A DNA stretch of 64,000 bases from a virus (lineage: Duplodnaviria; Caudoviricetes): IMG/VR virus record IMGVR_UViG_3300020450_000008; one strand, written 5' to 3'. Numbering within the stretch: position 1 is the stretch's first letter; every line of letters starts with the position of its first letter. The notes under the pieces are model-generated. The model did no database searches, was not told where the DNA came from, and saw only the letters and a list, made by a program, of their open reading frames with translations. A program made the translations under genes and the position numbers. Positions 9,581 to 17,006 of the stretch are shown piece by piece.

Positions 9581-9681
9581 TGCCTTGGCCACAAAAGAAT
9601 AAACCGAGAACCGGAAGAAGAAAGATTGGATCGACAAAAAGAGCTAATAGAAGAAAAAATAGAAAACAAGGAAAAAAGTAG
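9580..9681 (+). CDS. 33-aa highly basic peptide (not in ORF track)
   Basis: MPWPQKNKPRTGRRKIGSTKRANRRKNRKQGKK; TAATG coupling with the upstream stop. Confidence 0.5.
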   Translation: MPWPQKNKPRTGRRKIGSTKRANRRKNRKQGKK

Positions 9682-9710
9682 TTTACAACCTGTGAAAAAT
9701 ATGGTATAAT
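9682..9710 (+). promoter_or_regulatory. Sigma70-type promoter TTTACA-N17-TATAAT
   Basis: Exact hexamers at 9682-9687 and 9705-9710. Confidence 0.75.
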
Positions 9711-9715
9711 AAATT

Positions 9716-10294
9716 ATGAATTACCGAGGAGAAGGAAGTATGTTAAGAAAATTTGACAACACGTGGTTCGCATGGAAATGGAGAATCGTAGGAGCTTTTG
9801 TTGGAATAATAATGGCGGCTCCTTTATATATTATGATGGCCAATGCTGCAACTGAATTGGCTCATGTATGGCATGTAGAACAGCAAAAAGTACTAGTAAA
9901 TCAGTATGTGAATGAAAGAAAATGTGAAATAAAAAAGATTCCAGTATATGGTGAACATTATCATCAACATGGACAAGGATCATCCGCAGGTGATCTATTA
10001 GGGGCTATGGTATTAGGTGGTATATTTGGTCATGCATTTTCTGGTAATAATGATGGTGCAGCTGCTGGAGCTGTATTAGGAGCATTGATACAAAATGATA
10101 AAGCGAATAATCAGCAGTCTGGAAGATTTATTGCAGGTTATGAAGATAGAGAAGTATGTAATTATGTTAACGTTCCAAGAAAAGTTGAAAAAAATAAATA
10201 TATTATTCATTGGAAACAGTATAATAAAAGAGGTCATTTCTATAGCGATAAAAAATACAGAGTTGGCGAAACAATTTATGTTAATGTTAATTAG
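9716..10294 (+). CDS. Glycine-zipper 2TM membrane protein
   Basis: GAMVLGGIFG...GAAAGAVLGA glycine zipper; true start possibly 9740 (GGAGAAGG RBS). Confidence 0.65.
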   Translation: MNYRGEGSMLRKFDNTWFAWKWRIVGAFVGIIMAAPLYIMMANAATELAHVWHVEQQKVLVNQYVNERKCEIKKIPVYGEHYHQHGQGSSAGDLLGAMVLGGIFGHAFSGNNDGAAAGAVLGALIQNDKANNQQSGRFIAGYEDREVCNYVNVPRKVEKNKYIIHWKQYNKRGHFYSDKKYRVGETIYVNVN

Positions 10295-10302
10295 GAGGGA
10301 TC

Positions 10303-10563
10303 ATGCAAATAGGAAACGTAACTAATCAATATATTAACACTTATAATAATACAGCACAAGTTCAGGTAGCCAATCAGCAGCAAGAAACAAGAGCGGCAGA
10401 AAAGCTATCAGAACAACAGTTGATGGAATACAATCAACAGATGTATAGAGAGCAACAAAGATGGCTCGCTTATATAATGATGATGCAGTTCTTTGCAAGA
10501 GAGAATATGTGGTCATTATTGAATCAAATGAGAATACAAAGGACACTTGATTTAACTGCTTAA
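10303..10563 (+). CDS. Hypothetical Gln-rich protein
   Basis: GGAGG RBS; 86-aa ORF. Confidence 0.6.
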   Translation: MQIGNVTNQYINTYNNTAQVQVANQQQETRAAEKLSEQQLMEYNQQMYREQQRWLAYIMMMQFFARENMWSLLNQMRIQRTLDLTA

Positions 10564-10701
10564 TTTGGAGGTTTTATATTATGAAAAGCATTAAAGAAAT
10601 GTGGGATAGATCCTACGGCGAAGGAACTAAGTTCGATTTAGATTATGGTAAGTTAGTAATTATAGGACTACTAATTTATGTTGCATTTTTTAAATAGGAA
10701 T

Positions 10702-10728
10702 GAAGGAGATACTGGCCAGGTCTCCTTC
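10702..10728 (+). promoter_or_regulatory. Intergenic stem-loop GAAGGAGA...TCTCCTTC with internal CTGGCCAG palindrome
   Basis: Perfect 8-bp stem just upstream of the next RBS (AGGAGA, ATG 10746). Confidence 0.5.
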
Positions 10729-10942
10729 GGCAAATAGGAGAGATTATGAGCTACACAGAGTACGGATATAGAGGAGTAGAAGAATTGAAAAAATTACATG
10801 ATGAAATAAGTTTATTGAAAAAACAAATTGCCGAAGAAACGAAAGAAAAGTACGGATTGATGAAGAGAATAACCGAACTTTTAGAAGAAATAGAAATACT
10901 AAAAGAAAGTAAATAACAACAAATATAAGAAAGTATGGAAAA

Positions 10943-11392
10943 ATGGGTATGGGCATGCACGGAAATAATCATCCTCAGGGAAAGAGGACAGTCATTCTTA
11001 TGGTCGTCTTATGTCTATTTCTACACTTTCTTCTTATTCCTATTTGGATGGGATTAGTATTTGCTAATGCGCATGAATCAAATTCTTTTTTAAAAGGACC
11101 TATGTACACTAAAGTTGTTACCTGTGATACATTTGACAATATAACACAAAAAATGGTACTAGTTAATCAGTTTCCTTTCCTTTGGGCTGATGGGAATAGT
11201 TTAAGACCAGATGGAAACCCGTTAGACTCTACATTCATAATAGCATATGATAATAAAGAAAAAAAATGGACTATATTGGAAACATTTACAGGACCAACTG
11301 GAGCACTTATAGCATGTATATTAGGTGAAGGCAATAAAAAAATTAATATTAATCCTGAAATATTATTACCAATACCAGGAACAGACTTATGA
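10943..11392 (+). CDS. Hypothetical exported/membrane protein
   Basis: N-terminal hydrophobic helix, two Cys. Confidence 0.6.
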   Translation: MGMGMHGNNHPQGKRTVILMVVLCLFLHFLLIPIWMGLVFANAHESNSFLKGPMYTKVVTCDTFDNITQKMVLVNQFPFLWADGNSLRPDGNPLDSTFIIAYDNKEKKWTILETFTGPTGALIACILGEGNKKININPEILLPIPGTDL

Positions 11393-11616
11393 TAGATTAT
11401 CCAGATGGATTTTCAAATGAATGGCGCGAATATACAATGAAAGATAAAGATTTTCCAGAAACTATTATATATACAGATAAGGAGCGAATAGCTTGTACGG
11501 GCGAAGCTAATGATCACCCTCGAGTATATTATACTGTTCCGGAAGTAGGTTTTGTAGTATGCGGGTATTGTGACATTAAATTTGCAAGGAAAAAGCCTGA
11601 TGAACTCAGTGGATAG
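11389..11616 (+). CDS. zf-CHCC zinc-finger protein (NDUFS6/NUMM-like)
   Basis: IACTGEANDHPRVY...VVCGYCDIKF: C-x8-HPxVY-x-CxYC pattern. Confidence 0.85.
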   Translation: MIDYPDGFSNEWREYTMKDKDFPETIIYTDKERIACTGEANDHPRVYYTVPEVGFVVCGYCDIKFARKKPDELSG

Positions 11617-11779
11617 ACACACTCACTCAGCTCTGTTAAGAGAGATAAGGAGTTCAAATGTCCCAGAAGAAGTTAAAAAATGGATGTACTACAGATTAAA
11701 AGAATTAGAAACCGGAAAACACGTTTCTCCAGACTTTCCAAAATATACAAACGGCGAATATAAAAATGGTAAAGATTAA
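11570..11779 (+). CDS. Hypothetical protein (true start probably near 11600)
   Basis: ORF in a coupled run of small genes. Confidence 0.45.
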   Translation: MTLNLQGKSLMNSVDRHTHSALLREIRSSNVPEEVKKWMYYRLKELETGKHVSPDFPKYTNGEYKNGKD

Positions 11780-11969
11780 AGCAGTCGAAGCTCCTCTTAT
11801 TATGGAAGATGGACCTATAATGCAAAATATTAGAAAAGGCCCTATCAAAGTTGCAAAATTCTTACAGGGGCCAAGTTGGAGGAAGGCTCAAGAAAGAAAC
11901 AAATTGATAAAGCTTAATTGGAAAGAAACAAAAGGTATTCCTGGTAACAAGGCAATTAAAAGAATATGA
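11766..11969 (+). CDS. Hypothetical basic protein
   Basis: Overlapping ORF in the same operon. Confidence 0.5.
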   Translation: MVKIKAVEAPLIMEDGPIMQNIRKGPIKVAKFLQGPSWRKAQERNKLIKLNWKETKGIPGNKAIKRI

Positions 11970-12172
11970 CTGGATTTGAAATATTTACAATTATATGTTT
12001 TATCGCTACTATAGTGATTGTGCCTGTTTATATGTGGTTACTATACAATATTAAAAACTCTTGGACATCTAATTCACATGATACTCAAGGTGGTAGTATG
12101 ACAATACTTGAAGGAGATGATCAGCCAAAAGTAACTTGGATGGATCCCTTAATTAAAAAAATCAAGAAGTAA
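11966..12172 (+). CDS. Hypothetical single-TM protein
   Basis: N-terminal hydrophobic helix; ATGA overlap. Confidence 0.55.
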   Translation: MTGFEIFTIICFIATIVIVPVYMWLLYNIKNSWTSNSHDTQGGSMTILEGDDQPKVTWMDPLIKKIKK

Positions 12173-12900
12173 TGACAACCTTTATATCCGCTCCGTTCGG
12201 AAACTATCTTAAATTTAAGAATGCTGTAAGTGTGACTGGTACTTGGACATATAAACCGAGACCAGGACTATTCAAACAAGTTGTAAAGACATTAAGATAT
12301 ACTAGAAATGGTTGGCGTAATAAAATAGGTTTAAGAAATCGTGGAATAGAGTATGGCATACAAAAAACTAACTTTAATGAAGTTTTAAGTATTGCTGCGA
12401 TAAGTGAACACGATTGGATAAATTTAGAATCAATAGTTCCACAAAGCCAAAGTGTTGAGTTAAATATTAGTTGTCCTAATCTTGATACTCATCAAGATAC
12501 TACAATGTTCAATGGATTTGATTTATGGCCAACTAAACATAGGAAATGGTGTATTGTTAAAGTTCCACCAACCGCATCATTTGCACTACTAGATAGTATA
12601 GTGAGACAAGGATTTACACAGATTCATGCCAGTAATACATTACCGACTGAAAAAGGTGGTTTAAGTGGAGCCATATTGCTACCACATACTCGAAGAATAA
12701 TTAAACACCTGAAAACTGAATATGGCCATGTAGAAGTTATTGCTGGTGGTGGAATCAAAGAAGCATGGCATGCTGAATTTTATAAAGATTTAGGTGCAGA
12801 TCATTTTAGTATCGGCACCGCTTGTTTTAATCCCTTTAAAGTATGGAGAACAGTGAATGAGATTAATGGAGACCCTTCGTTCGGAGTACATCAAACCTAG
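12172..12900 (+). CDS. pyrD: Dihydroorotate dehydrogenase-like FMN TIM barrel (family 1, short)
   Basis: ELNISCPN catalytic-Cys loop, IVKVPP, ASNT, GGLSG, IAGGGI, GADHFSIGT. Confidence 0.75.
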   Translation: MTTFISAPFGNYLKFKNAVSVTGTWTYKPRPGLFKQVVKTLRYTRNGWRNKIGLRNRGIEYGIQKTNFNEVLSIAAISEHDWINLESIVPQSQSVELNISCPNLDTHQDTTMFNGFDLWPTKHRKWCIVKVPPTASFALLDSIVRQGFTQIHASNTLPTEKGGLSGAILLPHTRRIIKHLKTEYGHVEVIAGGGIKEAWHAEFYKDLGADHFSIGTACFNPFKVWRTVNEINGDPSFGVHQT

Positions 12901-13001
12901 AAACTGGTTTGCAGATATAAATAAAAATGATAAGAAAGATCCAGAACCCGCTCGTTATTATGAATGGATGTTGTGGAAATTAAGACAAGAAAGAAAAAAA
13001 G

Positions 13002-13235
13002 ATGTATGTTCTTCCACAAGAAACGACTAAGATGAGACCACTTCAAGAGTGGACTGGTATTGTAGGTAAATGTGTTAATGGACATGTTCTTACACCAAGT
13101 CATCAGATCAGTTGCTTAGGTTGGGCCTTTTGTCCAGATTGTGCAGATATGGCAAAAGATGGATACTACGATATATATTTTGTACCAGACAAGGATTGGA
13201 ACCCAAGAGTAAAAGATTGGAATCCAGAAGAATAA
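13002..13235 (+). CDS. Hypothetical zinc-ribbon-like protein
   Basis: CVNGH...C...CPDC. Confidence 0.5.
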   Translation: MYVLPQETTKMRPLQEWTGIVGKCVNGHVLTPSHQISCLGWAFCPDCADMAKDGYYDIYFVPDKDWNPRVKDWNPEE

Positions 13236-13248
13236 TAGGAGAATAACG

Positions 13249-13512
13249 ATGGCGAATCAGATATTTGATTTCGGCTTTACTGCTGTAGATGAAGATGAGC
13301 TGGAAGCAGTTCAAACCGTAACTATTAAACAAAAAGATACAGAAAAGACAGCAAAAGAACTTCAGTCGAAGATTGATGATTTATATAATGCTATTACACC
13401 TCTTTTAAACAATCTAAAGAAGAATCCAGAGAAAGAATACATTCTATGGCCAGATCGTTTAAACAAAGTAGAACAGTTTGAGGATTATCTTACAGCGATA
13501 TATCAAAAATAA
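13249..13512 (+). CDS. Conserved hypothetical protein of marine T4-like phages
   Basis: FDFGFTAVDEDEL...NLKKNPEKEYILWPDR; GGAG RBS. Confidence 0.7.
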   Translation: MANQIFDFGFTAVDEDELEAVQTVTIKQKDTEKTAKELQSKIDDLYNAITPLLNNLKKNPEKEYILWPDRLNKVEQFEDYLTAIYQK

Positions 13513-13513
13513 C

Positions 13514-13653
13514 TGTTACATTTTTGTAACACATTTCCCTATTTTTAAATAAAAGTGAATTATTTTCAATAAAAGTGAAAATAAACGTTTACATTTGCGT
13601 TCTTTTATGTTAGATTAGTATCATAAGGAATAATTAATAAGGAAGAATAAATG
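13514..13653 (+). promoter_or_regulatory. Early promoter cassette copy 2: TGTTAC-N5-TGTAAC, TTTACA-N17-TAGATT, TAAGGAAG RBS
   Basis: -35 at 13588-13593 and -10 at 13611-13616; homologous to copies 1 and 3. Confidence 0.8.
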
Positions 13654-13917
13654 TATAACTTTTCAACAGGAAATGAATTCTCAGGTAAGAACGTGGGAAT
13701 ACTTTTAGAAGCTGGTTATGAACCAGGTCATGGTTTTGTAACTTTTAAACAAGCTGTTAAACTTCCAGGTCTATCTGGAAAGAAGTTAAAAGGCATCAAA
13801 AAAGCCGCTTCATTAGTTCGATTTGTAAAGCAAGTCGATAAGGTAACAGGTAAAGAGGAGAAAAAGCCTCGATACTATTCAGTCTTTGATATAAATGAAG
13901 TTTTGGAGAGAAAATAA
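13651..13917 (+). CDS. ArdC-like N-terminal (ssDNA-binding/antirestriction) domain protein
   Basis: YNFSTGNEFSGKNVGILL...GFVTFKQA...YYSVFDI matches the ArdC-N pattern (N-x-x-TG-x-x-Y-x-G-x-N, FxTFKQA, y-x-VFN). Confidence 0.6.
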   Translation: MYNFSTGNEFSGKNVGILLEAGYEPGHGFVTFKQAVKLPGLSGKKLKGIKKAASLVRFVKQVDKVTGKEEKKPRYYSVFDINEVLERK

Positions 13918-13919
13918 TT

Positions 13920-14108
13920 ATGAAAGATTTAGTGAATGACATAGTAACCTTAGACAGAGTTATAAGACTCTTAGGCAGAGGTGAATTTGAAATAGCTCAT
14001 CATGAAGTTAAAGACTTACTTGAAGCTAAAAAAGCAACTCTAGGTAACGTAAAATCAGAACCTAGTGCAATCGTTAAAAGAATGAGGGAATTAAATGCTA
14101 ACACTTAA
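13920..14108 (+). CDS. Hypothetical protein
   Basis: ORF in early cassette. Confidence 0.55.
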   Translation: MKDLVNDIVTLDRVIRLLGRGEFEIAHHEVKDLLEAKKATLGNVKSEPSAIVKRMRELNANT

Positions 14109-14490
14109 AGAAACAATGACATTTATGGCTGAATCGCCATATTCAGGTGACGCTCAAGGAAATCTATTTAAATCATCTTGGGCTGTCAATCCAGGCTTTG
14201 CAAAGCTTCAAGAAAAGCTTGATGAGTTGATACCTGGATCAGGTAAAGTTCCTCATAGTAAATCTAAGAACAAAGCTCTCGAAAAGTTTCGAGTTGCTTC
14301 AAATTTAGTTTACGATCTTTTTAATAACGGTCTTGGAAATAGAAGATCACAGTTCCAAGGTTTCTTTGGTTGGGCGCCTTACACACGAGGCGGAATGACT
14401 AACTCTCAGTTTGAAGAAGCTGAAAGAAAGCTTGAGCCAGTTATAAGTCGAATAATAATTGATGCAGCAAAAGAACAAGGAATAAGTTAA
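14095..14490 (+). CDS. Hypothetical protein
   Basis: 131-aa ORF; contains YDLFNNGLGN motif. Confidence 0.65.
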   Translation: MLTLKETMTFMAESPYSGDAQGNLFKSSWAVNPGFAKLQEKLDELIPGSGKVPHSKSKNKALEKFRVASNLVYDLFNNGLGNRRSQFQGFFGWAPYTRGGMTNSQFEEAERKLEPVISRIIIDAAKEQGIS

Positions 14491-14795
14491 TGAATTTTGC
14501 AAATGATGATGAAAGAAAAGCTTACTTAAGAAAGCTTATTAAAAGAAACTCAACTCTTGGAGAAGCAAGAAGAAAAGCTAAGATCGCCCGTAAAGTTGCT
14601 CTAAAAGAAAAAAATAGAGACAATGGTCTACCTGAATACGCTAAAGATAATAATTCTGCTAATATAAATTATTATACAGACCAAAGAAAGTACGCTAATC
14701 GTTATTATGGCGAGACTATGAGAGAAACTACTAAGCTTGATGACAAGTATAAGAGCGAGTTAGCCGAAGATCTTTTTGATACAGTTGAGGAGTAA
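14490..14795 (+). CDS. Hypothetical protein
   Basis: TAATG-coupled ORF. Confidence 0.6.
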   Translation: MNFANDDERKAYLRKLIKRNSTLGEARRKAKIARKVALKEKNRDNGLPEYAKDNNSANINYYTDQRKYANRYYGETMRETTKLDDKYKSELAEDLFDTVEE

Positions 14796-14797
14796 TT

Positions 14798-15037
14798 ATG
14801 AGTAGTGATCCAAGAGAACCTGCAAGAGAGCAGGCTGAAGAAGCCTATCACGGTTTTATAAATTTTACAAAGTACTTTGCATATATAGCTTTAGCTGGCG
14901 TTGTTTTTGTTAGCAGCTGTAACTTCGGTGTAGATGGTACTGGAAGTAAGAGTGATCCAAGTTACTATGAAGACTACAAAGAGCGAATGGAAGAAATGAA
15001 AGAAGAAATAAAGAAGAGAAAGTATGGTGAAACTTAG
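14798..15037 (+). CDS. aa3-type cytochrome c oxidase subunit IV-like membrane protein with C-terminal extension
   Basis: YHGFINFTKY + TM + N resembles the COX4_pro_2 pattern (F/Y-x-GFI...TM...N), recalled from the Paracoccus subunit; GAGG RBS. Confidence 0.5.
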   Translation: MSSDPREPAREQAEEAYHGFINFTKYFAYIALAGVVFVSSCNFGVDGTGSKSDPSYYEDYKERMEEMKEEIKKRKYGET

Positions 15038-15470
15038 AGAACTAGACATACTTGAAGCTGATATCTTAAAAGAAGATCCAGTTCGTCCACATATTTCAAA
15101 GGCTGATAGACTTTCTGATGGAAGACAAGTTTTTGTTTTAGAGGATAACGATAAGATAACAGCTGTTATTTGTGTTGCATATACTAACGCTATTCCAAAA
15201 GATGAATTTGAGCTCGCTGCTTACAATGCATTCGATGGAAGTTGTGCAATATTTTATACGGTATGGTCATATGAAAAAGGTGCAGGTCGTGAAATCATTC
15301 AAAAAGTTTCTGATCATTTGATGCGAAGAGGTTGGATTAAAAGATATGTAACTTTAAGTCCACTTACTGAAATGGCAGAAAAGTTTCATTTAAGAAACGG
15401 CGCTGAACTAATTTATAGAGGTAAGTACTGTCAAAACTTTGAATATTTTATGGAGTCAGAAAATGCCTAA
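15024..15470 (+). CDS. GNAT-like acetyltransferase fold protein
   Basis: FYTVWSYEKGAGR acetyl-CoA loop; TLSP; FHLRNGA. Confidence 0.6.
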   Translation: MVKLRELDILEADILKEDPVRPHISKADRLSDGRQVFVLEDNDKITAVICVAYTNAIPKDEFELAAYNAFDGSCAIFYTVWSYEKGAGREIIQKVSDHLMRRGWIKRYVTLSPLTEMAEKFHLRNGAELIYRGKYCQNFEYFMESENA

Positions 15471-15741
15471 GCCTTTAAATAAACTGCAACAACTCATGGT
15501 TATTACTATGGAAGAGTGTGGTGAACTTACACAAGAGTGTAGTAAGATTATAAGAAAATATAAAAAATTTAATCAGCTACCTGAAGAAGATATTGATAAG
15601 TTAAAAAAAGAAGCTGCTGATGTGTATGCTATGATTCAACTTATGATACATAACCAATTATTTGACTATGTTGAATTGGAGGTTAACGCAAAGAAGAAAC
15701 ATGAAAAACTAGCAAAATGGAGTACATTATTAAATGAGTGA
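15439..15741 (+). CDS. mazG: MazG-like NTP pyrophosphohydrolase (start probably 15463)
   Basis: MEECGELTQ...EAADV ExxE...ExxD metal motif. Confidence 0.75.
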   Translation: MNILWSQKMPKPLNKLQQLMVITMEECGELTQECSKIIRKYKKFNQLPEEDIDKLKKEAADVYAMIQLMIHNQLFDYVELEVNAKKKHEKLAKWSTLLNE

Positions 15742-15991
15742 TCAACCATACCACAATAAAGGATTTGGCGTAGCATTTCTATGGATAATCTTAGTTGTGT
15801 TTATATTACCAGTAGTCGCCATGATGACATTAGACGATACTTTTGAAAGGTTCTTACAGAAATATGGAGATCCCTTTACTACCGAGTGTTGGGAAAATTC
15901 TAAACATGAAAAGGTTTGTAAAGGTGAAGTCGAATGCAAGTTTGGCCGTAACTTTTGTATTGATGAAGTATACAGGTGGAGAGCTAAGTGA
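15734..15991 (+). CDS. Hypothetical membrane protein
   Basis: TM helix and three Cys. Confidence 0.6.
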   Translation: MSDQPYHNKGFGVAFLWIILVVFILPVVAMMTLDDTFERFLQKYGDPFTTECWENSKHEKVCKGEVECKFGRNFCIDEVYRWRAK

Positions 15992-16803
15992 GAATCATAG
16001 CTGGCCCATGCCAACATGAGTCATACGAACAATCATTAGAAATAGCCAAACATTGTAAGAAGTGGTGTGACCACTTTGGATTTGAATATTATTTTAAAGC
16101 TTCTTATGATAAGGCTAACAGAACATCAATGCATTCAGAAAGAGGCAGAGGATTGAAGAAAACTCTTTTTGATTTGTCTAAAATTAAAAAAGAAATTGGT
16201 GTCTCTATCTTGACTGATGTACACGATAGAGAACAACTTAGAACTATTAGAGCTTTCTTTGATCATGTTGTTGATGTTATACAAATACCCGCATTTCTTT
16301 CCAGACAAACAGATCTTATTGTTGATGCCTCTCTAAGTGGTAAAATAATAAATATTAAAAAGGGGCAGTTTATGGCTCCTTGGGATATTAAAGGGATCTT
16401 GAGTAAGACGAAAGGTGCAAAAGATGTTTGGATTACCGAGCGAGGGACTTCTTTCGGATATAATCGTCTTGTCGTCGACTTTGTCGGTATGGTATCTATT
16501 CTGCGCGATCTTGGGAACGCCTGTGTCTTCGACGCTACTCACTCAGTCCAGAGACCTGGAGGAGGTGGTGATAAGAGCGACGGCGATCGTGGGTACGTTC
16601 CTAGCCTTTTGCGGGCCGCAGCTGCTATTGGTGTTGAGTCGTTTTTCTTAGAGGTGCATCCAGATCCTGATAGTGCTCCAAGTGACGGGCCAAACATGGT
16701 TCCATTAGACGCTTTTTATGATATGCTTAATATGATAAACAGAACAAGTTGGAGGAACATTGCAGAAGAATACGGGAAAAGACATCCATTTCGGTCTCTT
16801 TGA
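15988..16803 (+). CDS. kdsA: 3-deoxy-D-manno-octulosonate 8-phosphate synthase
   Basis: IIAGPC, FKASYDKANRTS, QIPAFLSRQTDL, NIKKGQF, ERGTSFGY, FDATHSVQ, EVHPDPDSAPSDG; GTG start. Confidence 0.95.
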   Translation: MRIIAGPCQHESYEQSLEIAKHCKKWCDHFGFEYYFKASYDKANRTSMHSERGRGLKKTLFDLSKIKKEIGVSILTDVHDREQLRTIRAFFDHVVDVIQIPAFLSRQTDLIVDASLSGKIINIKKGQFMAPWDIKGILSKTKGAKDVWITERGTSFGYNRLVVDFVGMVSILRDLGNACVFDATHSVQRPGGGGDKSDGDRGYVPSLLRAAAAIGVESFFLEVHPDPDSAPSDGPNMVPLDAFYDMLNMINRTSWRNIAEEYGKRHPFRSL

Positions 16804-16954
16804 GAAAAAATGCAGGAAATGCGGTCATAAATCTCATTGTGATGCCGAATGTATGGAATGTTATAACGATATATGCACAGGGTGTAGTTGTGAAAAATGC
16901 GATCCTGATTGCATATTGGCTCTGGGGGGTGGAGTCGAACCACCACGTCATTAG
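16760..16954 (+). CDS. Cys-rich small protein (metallothionein-like spacing); 3' end antisense to the tRNA
   Basis: CRKCGHKSHCDAECMECYNDICTGCSCEKCDPDC; start uncertain. Confidence 0.45.
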   Translation: MQKNTGKDIHFGLFEKKCRKCGHKSHCDAECMECYNDICTGCSCEKCDPDCILALGGGVEPPRH

Positions 16955-17001
16955 ACAACGTATAAACAGTACGCCGCGTCTACCAATTCCGCCACCCCAG
17001 A
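16917..17001 (-). tRNA. trnN: Atypical tRNA, anticodon GUU (Asn), with long variable arm
   Basis: TCTGGGG TG GCGG AATTGGTAGA CGC G GCGTA CTGTTTA TACGT TGTCTAATGACGT GGTGG TTCGACT CCACC CCCCAGA G CCA: 7-bp acceptor stem, 5-bp anticodon and T stems, encoded CCA. Confidence 0.85.
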
Positions 17002-17006
17002 TTAAA

